In this document: one piece after another, positions 23,755-31,969 of the stretch
Layout: the number at the start of each line of letters is the position of its first letter
How positions within the stretch are numbered: the stretch's first letter is position 1
From: a virus
Lineage: Duplodnaviria > Caudoviricetes
Length of the DNA stretch: 31,969 bases
IMG/VR virus record: IMGVR_UViG_3300005512_000199
Coordinates: 1-31,969 of that record
Strand: one strand, 5' to 3'
Translations under genes and position numbers: made by a program
Notes under the pieces: generated by a model
The model's input: the letters and a program-made list of their open reading frames with translations, nothing else
The model's database searches: none
Told to the model about the DNA's origin: nothing

Positions 23755-25140
23755 ATGCGAATCGTTACCCTCGATCAGGTCCAGAAGGATCTGCAGAACC
23801 TCGCCGATCAGGTCGGCGAGAATGGCTTCGTGAACGCGAAGGCTCTGTATATGGAGAAGGTCGCGGTCGTCGATGAGGAGGGCACTCCTCTCACGGCTGA
23901 CGAGATCGAAGTCGTCCTCATGCCGAAGCCTGCCGACAACCAGCAGGACGCGATGGAAGAGGAAGAGGAAGAGAAGGCCGTCGAGGCCGCTCCGGCTCCC
24001 AAGGCTGCTCCGGCTCCTCGCCGGAAGGCTGCGTCGGTCGCCGCTCGCATGTCCGCTCCGGCGATCGCTCGTCCGAAGGTCTGGGGCTCGCTCAAGAACT
24101 TCAAGAGCGACGACCGCGGCGACGCCGTGGACAAGGCTCTCCGATTCGGTCACTGGCTCCTCGCTTCCAAGGGCAACCGCAAGAGCCTCGCGTTCTGCGA
24201 TCGTCACGGCATCGAGGTCAAGGCTCACACCGAGGGCGTGAACTCGGCCGGCGGCTTCCTCGTCCCCGACGAGTTCGAGACCGAGCTGATCTCGCTTCGC
24301 GAGCAGTACGGTGTCTTCCGTCGCGAGGCTCGCGTCCGTCCGATGTCGAGCGATACCCTCCGCGTCCCGCGTCGTTCGGCGACTCTCTCGGCGAGCTTCG
24401 TCGGTGAGGCGACCGCCGGCACCGAGTCGACTCAGACCTTCGAGTCGGTCCTGCTCGTCGCGAAGAAGGCGATGGTCCTGACCACCGTCTCGAACGAGCT
24501 GAACGAGGACGCCTTCGTCAACCTGGCCGACGACGTCGCGGGCGAGATCGCCTACGCCTTCGCCAAGAAGGAAGACGAGTGCGGATTCATCGGTACCGGC
24601 ACCTCGACCTACGGCGGCATCCAAGGCGTCGTGGACATCATCGAGAACGGCACGACCGCCGTGCAGTACTACGACTCGGCTCTGTCCTCGAGCTTCGCTG
24701 ATCTGTCGCTTGACAACATCGGTGCGTTCATGGGCCTCCTGCCGGCGTACGCTGACACTCCGAACGCGAAGTTCTACATGCACAAGGCCGTGTGGCATGG
24801 TGCGTTCGAGGCGGCTCTCACCTCGGCCGGCGGAACTTCGGCTCGCGAGATCAAGGACGGCTATGCCGGTCAGCCGACGCTCTTCGGCTATCCGGTCGTC
24901 TTCACTCAGGTGATGCGGTCCTCGTACACTGCCGACAAGATCGTCGCCCTCTTCGGCGATCTCACCCTCGCCGCGTCGTTCGGCGACCGTCGTCAGACCA
25001 CGATCCAGATCAGCGATTCGGCTCTGAACGCTTTCGAGCAGGACGAGCTCGCGATCCGTGGCACCGAGCGGTTCGACATCAACGTTCACGACGCCGGCGA
25101 CAGCTCGACCACCGGTCCGATCGTCGGTCTCCTCGCCTGA
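23755..25140 (+). CDS. Major capsid protein (HK97 fold, with N-terminal delta domain)
   Basis: AGGFLVPDEF, TLFGYPV, LFGDL, ERFD motifs; start MRIVTL with AAGGA RBS. Confidence 0.95.
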   Translation: MRIVTLDQVQKDLQNLADQVGENGFVNAKALYMEKVAVVDEEGTPLTADEIEVVLMPKPADNQQDAMEEEEEEKAVEAAPAPKAAPAPRRKAASVAARMSAPAIARPKVWGSLKNFKSDDRGDAVDKALRFGHWLLASKGNRKSLAFCDRHGIEVKAHTEGVNSAGGFLVPDEFETELISLREQYGVFRREARVRPMSSDTLRVPRRSATLSASFVGEATAGTESTQTFESVLLVAKKAMVLTTVSNELNEDAFVNLADDVAGEIAYAFAKKEDECGFIGTGTSTYGGIQGVVDIIENGTTAVQYYDSALSSSFADLSLDNIGAFMGLLPAYADTPNAKFYMHKAVWHGAFEAALTSAGGTSAREIKDGYAGQPTLFGYPVVFTQVMRSSYTADKIVALFGDLTLAASFGDRRQTTIQISDSALNAFEQDELAIRGTERFDINVHDAGDSSTTGPIVGLLA

Positions 25141-25156
25141 TCTCCTCGATGACTCC

Positions 25157-25184
25157 GGGGAGGTCCGGTTCGCCGGGCCTCCCC
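25157..25184 (+). promoter_or_regulatory. UUCG-capped hairpin after capsid gene (stabiliser/attenuator)
   Basis: GGGGAGGTCCGG-TTCG-CCGGGCCTCCCC; no U-tract. Confidence 0.65.
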
Positions 25185-25199
25185 TGAAAGGGATTACCA

Positions 25200-25640
25200 A
25201 TGATTGCTGCTCAGAACATCAAGGTCGCCGACGCTGTCTGCGACTCGGTCAACGCAGCCAGCCTCGGGACTGGCACCGTTGACACCGTTGGCTATGACTA
25301 CGCGACGGTCATCGTCGTCGCTGGCGAGGGTCCGACCGCTGCGGCCCTCACTGCTCTCAAGGTCCAGGAAGGCGACGCTTCCAACCTCAGCGACGCGACC
25401 GATCTGGTCTCGTTCACTGATGCCGATGTCGATGGCACGACCAATGCGCTTGCCGACTTCGACAACGACGAAAGCGTCATCTTCGAGATCGATCTCAAGG
25501 CTCGCAAGCGGTACATCAAGGTGGTTGCGACCGCCGGTGCGACTGCGACCGAGCTCTCGTCGGTCGTGATTCTCTCCCGTGCTGGAGAGGCGGCGACGGA
25601 CACCACCGCCGGCGGTGCCGACTTCCGAATCCGCGCCTGA
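25200..25640 (+). CDS. Putative capsid decoration/cement protein
   Basis: Directly after MCP; VDTVGYD..LKVQEGD..KRYIKV beta-sandwich pattern. Confidence 0.6.
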   Translation: MIAAQNIKVADAVCDSVNAASLGTGTVDTVGYDYATVIVVAGEGPTAAALTALKVQEGDASNLSDATDLVSFTDADVDGTTNALADFDNDESVIFEIDLKARKRYIKVVATAGATATELSSVVILSRAGEAATDTTAGGADFRIRA

Positions 25641-25647
25641 CTCTTTC

Positions 25648-25706
25648 TCCTTTCTGAGGGCGGGCGGGGGCTTCGGCTCCCGTCCGCCCGAAGGCTACAG
25701 AAGGGA
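25648..25706 (+). promoter_or_regulatory. C(UUCG)G hairpin whose extended stem can mask the next RBS
   Basis: 25658-25689 GGGCGGGCGGGGGC-TTCG-GCTCCCGTCCGCCC; flanks TCCTTTCTG (25648-25656) / CAGAAGGGA (25698-25706) pair. Confidence 0.6.
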
Positions 25707-25711
25707 ACCGC

Positions 25712-26581
25712 ATGGCGGTCGATACCTACGCTCTCACGACGCTCTCGAATCTCAAGAACTGGATTGGCATCACGTCCGTCGATGATGACGTCCTGCTTGA
25801 GGATGCGATCGACCGAGCGACCGCCATCATCGAAAGCCACTGCGACCGCAAGCTGAAGGCTCGCACGTTCTCTGAGTGGTGCATGCCGTCCGGCGAGCGT
25901 ACCTTCACGGTCGACAACTATCCGATCGTCTCGATCGACACGATCTCCTACGGGTCGGCGATCTCGATGACGATCTCGAGCGACACAGCATCGACCGACG
26001 TGATCGCGACCGTCGAAAACAACGGCACGAAGATCCGTCTCCGGAAGGTTGTCTATGCCGGCACGACCGAGCTGATCGAGTTGACGATCTCGGACTATCC
26101 GAGCACGCGGCAGCTCGTGAACTACATCAACCTCTCCGCCAACGGCTGGACTGCGACGCTTACCGAGAACGCACTGACCGCGAGCCTCTATCGGTTTGGC
26201 GGTCGAGGCGTGATCGACGCTCCGTGCAACTTCGAGTACCCGCGAGACAACGTTTCCGAGTACCGGGTCGACTACGACACCGGGCTCGTCCACATCATCG
26301 CAGATCGCTTTCCGGGCATCCGATCGGACAACGCGTCGGCGAATCGATTCCCGGGCGGCTTCTATCCGGTGTTTGTCCAGTACACGGCAGGCTTTGAGAC
26401 GGTGCCGGCGGACCTCGAGCAGGTGTGCATCGAGATCGCGGCCGACCTCTATCGCGAGCGGAAGCAGGATAAGACGATCACGAGCGAGAGCCTCGGCGAT
26501 TACAACTACACGCAGGCCGGCGTCGCGGAGCTGCTCGAAGGCCGGATGGGCAAGCTCGCAGGCTATCGGGAGATTCGATGA
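25712..26581 (+). CDS. Head-tail adaptor (HK97 gp6/SPP1 gp15-like) with large insertion
   Basis: LTTLSNLKNWIGI..DDVLL..IESHCDR N-terminus; YTAGFETVPADL..LY..ESLGDY C-terminus. Confidence 0.8.
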   Translation: MAVDTYALTTLSNLKNWIGITSVDDDVLLEDAIDRATAIIESHCDRKLKARTFSEWCMPSGERTFTVDNYPIVSIDTISYGSAISMTISSDTASTDVIATVENNGTKIRLRKVVYAGTTELIELTISDYPSTRQLVNYINLSANGWTATLTENALTASLYRFGGRGVIDAPCNFEYPRDNVSEYRVDYDTGLVHIIADRFPGIRSDNASANRFPGGFYPVFVQYTAGFETVPADLEQVCIEIAADLYRERKQDKTITSESLGDYNYTQAGVAELLEGRMGKLAGYREIR

Positions 26582-26928
26582 CGGTCGCCTCGCTGGTCTC
26601 TCGCTTCGGCCAGACGGTCTCGATCCGTCGGAAGGCGACCGACACGCTCGACTCGAGCGGCGGTCGCATCGAGGCGTGGAGCACCGTCGAGACAATCACC
26701 GGATATGTCCAGGTCCGGGCGAACTCCGACGCCGTGGCAGCCGGTGCCGAGCGATCTACGCAGGTCGCGACGATCTACTTCGAGGGCCGTCCGACGGTTC
26801 GCGTCCGCGACCGGATCACCTACGGCTCGGTCACCTTCGAGATCTCCTCGGTCCGTGTCCCTGACGAGCGGCCGATCTCCGACGCTCTCTGCTATACGAT
26901 CGTCGAGGCGACGGAGGTCTTCGGCTAA
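26578..26928 (+). CDS. Head closure/stopper protein (SPP1 gp16-like)
   Basis: DSSGG...W, DRITYGSVTFEI pattern; synteny. Confidence 0.75.
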   Translation: MTVASLVSRFGQTVSIRRKATDTLDSSGGRIEAWSTVETITGYVQVRANSDAVAAGAERSTQVATIYFEGRPTVRVRDRITYGSVTFEISSVRVPDERPISDALCYTIVEATEVFG

Positions 26929-27449
26929 TGGCGAGCAAGCACAACCTTCGACAGAAGGACGTATCCGATGCGATGAAGGAGAACATGACGCACCTCCTGA
27001 ATCGCGTCGTGACGTTCTATCAGGGCGAGCTGAAGAAGAAGCTGAATAGATCTGCATCTCCTCCGGTGTCGTCTCCTGGCAATCCGCCGCACAAGCGTAC
27101 CGGAACACTCGGCCGATCATTCGTCACGACGGCGGCAACGAGGGTCGGTCCGATTTACCGACTGTCGCTTGGAACAAATGTGCCGTATGCTAACTGGCTT
27201 GAATATGGCGCAGATCTTCCAGGCGGTCAGCCGTATTTTGTTTTGTTCGGCGTTCCTCGTTTTGTTTCTCGCAACCATCGACTCGCCGACAAGCTCCCGA
27301 AAACCAAGGCTAGCAAGCTGGCCGCTCGCCCGTTCTTTGTTCCGACGTTCCTGGATAAAGAGTTGAGAGGACGGGTCGACCGAGAAATTGCAAAGGTCGA
27401 GAACCGAGTTCGGAAAAGCCTCGCGAACAAGATCAAGGGGATCGCATGA
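26928..27449 (+). CDS. Neck/tail completion protein (HK97 gp10-like)
   Basis: SSPGNPPHKRTGTLGRS, YANWLEYG, ARPFFVP motifs. Confidence 0.75.
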   Translation: MASKHNLRQKDVSDAMKENMTHLLNRVVTFYQGELKKKLNRSASPPVSSPGNPPHKRTGTLGRSFVTTAATRVGPIYRLSLGTNVPYANWLEYGADLPGGQPYFVLFGVPRFVSRNHRLADKLPKTKASKLAARPFFVPTFLDKELRGRVDREIAKVENRVRKSLANKIKGIA

Positions 27450-27865
27450 GCAACTACCTGATGCGAGGCTTCTACTCTCGGCTCAACGCTGACACTGGCA
27501 GCAGCACGAACCCAGTCCGGACGGCGGTCACGGATCGCATATACGCGGTCGAGGCTCCGGCGTCGAGCACGCTGCCGCTCGTCGTCTACTCGATGGATTC
27601 GGTCGATACCGAGCGGTTCTTCTCTGGCATCGTCCGATCGACGGCGATCTTCACGGTCACGAGCTTTTCCAAGGTCGAGGCCGGACCGGACGCGGCGACG
27701 GATCTCGATCGGAAGGTCTTCGACCTGATGGATCAGCAATCGGTGACGGTGACCGGGCACGATCGAGGGTACATTCGCGGCGTGACTCGCGGGACGCCGA
27801 TCGCCGAGGGCGAATACTTCCGCGTCGATTCGACTTTCCAACTGGTCGCGACGACTACTTCCTGA
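27446..27865 (+). CDS. Tail terminator (DUF3168-like)
   Basis: RIYAVEAP...PLVVY motif; synteny. Confidence 0.75.
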   Translation: MSNYLMRGFYSRLNADTGSSTNPVRTAVTDRIYAVEAPASSTLPLVVYSMDSVDTERFFSGIVRSTAIFTVTSFSKVEAGPDAATDLDRKVFDLMDQQSVTVTGHDRGYIRGVTRGTPIAEGEYFRVDSTFQLVATTTS

Positions 27866-27877
27866 CGAGGACCACTC

Positions 27878-28276
27878 ATGACGTACGCAATCGGAAGCGA
27901 CGGATCGGTGACTATGCCGACCGGCTACAAGGCTCAGATCAACACCTGGTCGGCGACGCTGACTCGAGCGACTCAGGTCGTGACTGGCTTCGGCGATGCA
28001 GGCCACCAGCGTCGCGCGAGTGGTGTCCTCGACATCACCGGATCCGCCGGCGGCGTTCCGGAAGACAACGCAAGCACGACCAGTGCATTCGGCATCGGAT
28101 CGAGTGCTGCTGGTGCCGCTCTGACGCTGAACATCACGAGCGGAACATCGCTCGCGTTTGACGCGGTATTCGGATCGGTCGCGTTCGGTGTGACCAATGA
28201 CGGCGACTCGACCGTGACGTTCAACTTTGAGCTCAACGACACGAGCCCGACGCTGACCTGGGACGAGACTCCTTGA
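27878..28276 (+). CDS. Major tail tube protein
   Basis: GSDGSV..INTWSAT..VTGFGD..ASG..ITGSAGG pattern; follows terminator; GAGG RBS. Confidence 0.7.
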   Translation: MTYAIGSDGSVTMPTGYKAQINTWSATLTRATQVVTGFGDAGHQRRASGVLDITGSAGGVPEDNASTTSAFGIGSSAAGAALTLNITSGTSLAFDAVFGSVAFGVTNDGDSTVTFNFELNDTSPTLTWDETP

Positions 28277-28530
28277 TCCGATCTCGTGACCAGCTCTGGC
28301 AGGCTGGCATCCTCACGCCGACCTCGAGCGATTGGCGCGTCCGTCTCGTCTTCATTGACGGGACGGACCGCGTCGTCAGAGTGTCTCCTGGAAGGCTCGA
28401 CGAGCAGCAGGCGATTGAGCGTGCCAAGCGTCACGCGAAAATCTTCGATGAGACCGTCCTCGATCGTGTCGAGGCGGAAAAAGCCGAAAAGACGACGCAG
28501 GTCGCCGGCTTCGGCATCGTTCAGAAGTAA
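28273..28530 (+). CDS. Hypothetical tail-module protein
   Basis: 85 aa ORF filling the gap, TTG start overlapping upstream stop. Confidence 0.55.
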   Translation: MIRSRDQLWQAGILTPTSSDWRVRLVFIDGTDRVVRVSPGRLDEQQAIERAKRHAKIFDETVLDRVEAEKAEKTTQVAGFGIVQK

Positions 28531-28539
28531 GGAGAGAAC

Positions 28540-28959
28540 ATGGAACCGATCGCAGTACCAGTCGGCGACGGCACAATCCTCGTGCCTCGATTGAAGGTGC
28601 AACAGATCATCGACCTCGCGGCCCTTCGGCACGAAGCCGAGCGTCGCGAGCTCGTCCAGGATCTAGAAGACGCCGGCGTTCCTTCCGAGGATCGTCTCGA
28701 GCGGTTGCGTGCGCATCGGAAGGAAGTCGGTCTTTCGAGCGTGATCGTTCGATCGGCGTTTTCAATCGACGGCGCGTATCGCATTATCAAGTACGCGATG
28801 GGCGGCGAGTTCCCGTCGGAACTCGATAGCCTCGATCCGAGCAACCTCTCGAAGCTCGCCCTCGCGTGCATCGGTGTCGATCTCGACGACCTCACGGAAG
28901 GTGGGGCCGAGGGAAAGGAACTGACGTCGGTCGAGACTGGCTCGGCGAGTCTGCCATAA
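28540..28959 (+). CDS. Tail assembly chaperone (lambda G-like)
   Basis: Between tail tube and tape measure; AAGGAG RBS; contains slippery site near 3' end. Confidence 0.75.
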   Translation: MEPIAVPVGDGTILVPRLKVQQIIDLAALRHEAERRELVQDLEDAGVPSEDRLERLRAHRKEVGLSSVIVRSAFSIDGAYRIIKYAMGGEFPSELDSLDPSNLSKLALACIGVDLDDLTEGGAEGKELTSVETGSASLP

Positions 28960-29132
28960 TCGCTCGCCATCTGCCGGGCATCGGTAACCCGCTCGCCTTG
29001 CCGATCGATGAGTTCAACGGGTATTTGCGGTCGATCTTCGACTATCTCAAGCGGCAGGCCGGCGATAGCGGCGGCGGTGCTCACGATCACCGCTCGTACG
29101 TCGAGCAGCAGATGAGGCGTCTCCATGGCTGA
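28911..29132 (+). CDS. -1 frameshift extension of tail assembly chaperone (GT-like)
   Basis: G GGA AAG at 28911-28917 in the correct phase; -1 frame open to 29132 with no good own start. Confidence 0.8.
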   Translation, partial: GKGTDVGRDWLGESAIIARHLPGIGNPLALPIDEFNGYLRSIFDYLKRQAGDSGGGAHDHRSYVEQQMRRLHG

Positions 29133-30267
29133 CTTCCAACTCGAGCTCGACGTCTTCGCGAGCACGGCCAAGCTCGAGCAAGGTCTCAAGCGCGCCGAGC
29201 AGGCGGTCGACAAGACGACCAGCAACATCGACAAGGACGCTGGATCGGCTACACAGTCGTTCGAGGGACTACTCAGCACCATCGGCAAAGTCGGTGCGGG
29301 CTTGTTTCTTGGTGAAGCGGCTTTTAAGATTGCCGGTGCAAGTGCTCGTGCGTTCGCCGGCGACATGGAAGGCGTCGACCAGTTACTCGCGGGTCTTCCG
29401 ATCTTCGGTCCGTTGATTACGTCCGGGCAGGAATTCCAGAAGGCTCTCGATTATGCCTCTGATGAGGCGATGCAGTTCCGCGCAGCACTCGCAGAGGTCG
29501 AGTTGCAGGCGAAGGCGACCTCCGACGCGATCGCTGCAATCTCGAACGAGCTCGCGGCACAGGAGAAGATTTTCCGTCTCTCTGGCTTCACCGAATACGA
29601 GATCGCTCAAGAGACCTACGACCGTCGTCTCGGTCTGATCGATCTTGAGCTGAAGCAGAAGCTCGCCGCTCTTGAACAAGAAGCGAACGCAAGAGGCCAA
29701 GCGATCCAGGAGCAGCACCTCGCATATGAGGAAGAAGTCCGGCTACTCAATGAGGTTCGAGACCTCAAGTACGCGGCGATCAAGGCAGCAAGAGATGAAG
29801 CCGCGATGAAGCGGCAAGCGGTCGAGCTCGAGCGTCGCAGGCTCCGGGATGAACAGGCTGCGGCAGATGAGGCGGAACGCGCCGCAAAGATCGCCGAACG
29901 CCAAGCCGAGCTCGACAAGCAGGCCGAAGAGCATCAGAAGCAGATCATTGATCTGGAAGAACGAGCGAAAAAGAAGCGAGAAGAAGCGGCGGCAGCCGAG
30001 AAGAAGGCGCAGGAAGAGCAACTCGCCTTCGTCAATGCTCGACTCAAGATGGAGCAGGAGATCGCCGAGGCGAGAGCGGAAGCCGAGCGAATGGCGGCCG
30101 GTGCGACGGCGACTTTCTCGACCGCCGGCGGATCGTTCACGACGGCGGCTTCGGCTCAGGTCAACGAGGCAAAGCTCCTCACTCGGATTTCGCAGCAGTC
30201 GCGGGACTTCCTCGCTCAGATCATGGCGAACACGGCTCAAATGGCCGGAGGTCTGAACCTTGCCTGA
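29125..30267 (+). CDS. Tape measure protein (short)
   Basis: Follows the chaperone; Ala/Glu-rich helical coiled coil with N-terminal hydrophobic segment; 380 aa. Confidence 0.7.
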   Translation: MADFQLELDVFASTAKLEQGLKRAEQAVDKTTSNIDKDAGSATQSFEGLLSTIGKVGAGLFLGEAAFKIAGASARAFAGDMEGVDQLLAGLPIFGPLITSGQEFQKALDYASDEAMQFRAALAEVELQAKATSDAIAAISNELAAQEKIFRLSGFTEYEIAQETYDRRLGLIDLELKQKLAALEQEANARGQAIQEQHLAYEEEVRLLNEVRDLKYAAIKAARDEAAMKRQAVELERRRLRDEQAAADEAERAAKIAERQAELDKQAEEHQKQIIDLEERAKKKREEAAAAEKKAQEEQLAFVNARLKMEQEIAEARAEAERMAAGATATFSTAGGSFTTAASAQVNEAKLLTRISQQSRDFLAQIMANTAQMAGGLNLA

Positions 30268-31090
30268 CGTCATTGAGTTCCTCGAGTCTCGCTCGATCCA
30301 GACGAGCGGCGGTCGCGGCACTGGCACGCGAGTCTTTCACGTCACCGGCACGACGAGCGTCCGCACGGTTCACAACCTGCTCGGCAAGGCCGGAGACAAC
30401 GGCGTCGAGATGCCGAACGTTGGCGACGCTCATCCGGACTTTCCCGGACTGCGGGCGAGGGACTTCTCGGTCTCGCTCGTATCTGGTCACAACGACACCT
30501 GGCGGGTCGACTGGACATACGAGGTCATCAGCCGCGGCTTCCCGCAATACCCGACGACGGTCATCACGGAGCTTCCGAACGAGGTCGGATACCTCGAGCT
30601 CTCCTCGGAGATCCGTGCCGAGTTCGTCCTTGCGTGGAGGAAGAATGGCACGCCGGCTCTGAGCTATCCGACAGATGGCCAGGTCACGAATCCGACGCTG
30701 GACATCCGCGGCGAGCCAATCGATCAGGCTGGCAACCCGATCTCGGTGCAGCGGAACATCCAAGAGCTGACGATCACGGAAAATGTCGAGGTTCCGGCGT
30801 GGTCGACCTATCGATCCTTTCGATTTACTAGGAACGCGGCGAGTTTCTTCGGTGCTGCTCCCGGCCTCGTGCTCTATCGTGGTGCGTCGGTTCGACGGAT
30901 CGGCGTGAACGTCTACTCGGTCGCCCACTCGTTTGTCGAGGACGGCGACTTTCATCTCCAGCAATCGCCTCTGATCGAACCACCGCAAATGACGCCAAAG
31001 CTTAACGCGAACAAGAAGGCCGCAAGCGTCTACTGGGTCCAGCCCTTCCCGGTCCTGAAGGACCTCAACTCACTCTCGGCGAACTTCTAA
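30260..31090 (+). CDS. Putative distal tail/tail-tip protein
   Basis: Immediately after TMP; PNVGDAHPDFPGL..WRVDWTY pattern; TTG start with GGAGG. Confidence 0.6.
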   Translation: MPDVIEFLESRSIQTSGGRGTGTRVFHVTGTTSVRTVHNLLGKAGDNGVEMPNVGDAHPDFPGLRARDFSVSLVSGHNDTWRVDWTYEVISRGFPQYPTTVITELPNEVGYLELSSEIRAEFVLAWRKNGTPALSYPTDGQVTNPTLDIRGEPIDQAGNPISVQRNIQELTITENVEVPAWSTYRSFRFTRNAASFFGAAPGLVLYRGASVRRIGVNVYSVAHSFVEDGDFHLQQSPLIEPPQMTPKLNANKKAASVYWVQPFPVLKDLNSLSANF

Positions 31091-31482
31091 TGGCTGACGA
31101 GATCACGATCAATGCGTCGTTGCAGATCAACGACACGAACCTCGTCGAGGCGTTCATTCCTGGAACGCTGACGATCGACTTTGCGACGGCCGGTGCGTCG
31201 AGCCGATACGGCTCCGGCGGCGTTCAGGCAATCGGTACGAGCGTCGAGCAGGTCACGCAGGGCGACACGACCGACGGCGGCATCTACTTCTTCCGGAATG
31301 TCGATGAGACGAACTTCGTCGAGATCGGCATCACGAGCGACGACACGAGCGGCGGAACGTTCTATCCGTTCCTGAAGCTTCTTGCTGGCGAATATTCGGT
31401 CGGCCGTCTCTCGAACGCGACGATCTTTGCCAAGGCCGATACCGCTGCGGCGAACCTGCAGTTCCGGATGCTCTCGCCGTGA
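31090..31482 (+). CDS. Hypothetical virion structural protein
   Basis: 130 aa; FRNVDETNFVEIG..KLLAGE beta-sandwich pattern; TAATG coupling. Confidence 0.6.
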   Translation: MADEITINASLQINDTNLVEAFIPGTLTIDFATAGASSRYGSGGVQAIGTSVEQVTQGDTTDGGIYFFRNVDETNFVEIGITSDDTSGGTFYPFLKLLAGEYSVGRLSNATIFAKADTAAANLQFRMLSP

Positions 31483-31805
31483 GTCGTTATCGACGATGGA
31501 ACATTGGTCCGCTCTTGACGGCGGATCGCGTTCTCGTTCGTGCTCAGCAGAACGAGCAGATTGTCATTGACCAGATCTGGATCACGAACAAGGACAACTC
31601 AAATTACACTGTTTCTCTGCATCACTTGCCAGCCGATGATGGGGCAGTGGTCGACAACTTCTGTCTGATCCACGAATATACGGTCAACGCGAAGACGTAC
31701 GTCGTGATCGACGCCAAGATCTACATGGAACCAGGAGACGAGCTGGTCGTGCATGCCTCCGGATCTGATAAGATCATCGTGACCGCATACGGTCGAGCAC
31801 TATGA
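31479..31805 (+). CDS. Hypothetical virion structural protein
   Basis: 108 aa; IWITN..YMEPGDELVV pattern; coupled to neighbours. Confidence 0.6.
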   Translation: MSRYRRWNIGPLLTADRVLVRAQQNEQIVIDQIWITNKDNSNYTVSLHHLPADDGAVVDNFCLIHEYTVNAKTYVVIDAKIYMEPGDELVVHASGSDKIIVTAYGRAL

Positions 31806-31969
31806 CCGATCTGCCTCGGTTCCATTCCGGCCGGCTTGGTCCACTCGACTTCCAGACGCTGAACGAGATGATGCGTCGTCTCGATGCTCTGCGTCCTCTG
31901 GTCGAGACGGCGTCGGTGAAGAATGGATCCGAGTTCTCGACGCTCGGTGACGTGCTGATCGTCCAGGCG
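31787..31969 (+). repeat. Terminal direct repeat, right copy (contains 5' end of a variant of ORF 16-852)
   Basis: Matches 1-183 with 9 substitutions. Confidence 0.95.

Noticed and set aside
23749-25200. Long antisense ORFs (also 25298-26695, 18745-20019, 6049-6975 and others)
   Set aside because: Expected shadow ORFs from high-GC codon bias opposite well-supported genes; no motifs or RBS

Overview
The window looks like one essentially complete, circularly permuted genome of a small tailed dsDNA phage (siphovirus-like, high GC). The unit length is about 31,786 bp, because positions 1-183 recur at 31787-31969 with 9 third-codon-position mismatches. Modules in order: distal tail genes (16-3480); a highly structured intergenic region (3481-3789); a leftward early operon of small ORFs; a mirror-image divergent promoter pair (~4941-5156); recombination/replication genes (RecT-like SSAP, HTH, SSB-like, initiator with internal iterons, Hjc-like resolvase, sigma-like regulator); membrane/lipoprotein genes and a metallophosphoesterase; terS; an inserted fibre cassette with two Mtd_N proteins; a ParB-fused M.EcoGII-like adenine methyltransferase; terL; a portal-MuF fusion; HK97-type protease and capsid; neck and tail genes with a lambda-type GGGAAAG -1 frameshift; and a short tape measure. 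I did not recognise an integrase, CI-type repressor, endolysin, polymerase, RT, tRNA or CRISPR. The most novel-looking signals are a kissing-loop RNA element upstream of the replication initiator, the multi-stem region at 3481-3735, the duplicated promoter/leader pair, the ParB-EcoGII-like MTase and the multi-domain portal. All family calls come from motif recognition by eye, not database searches.
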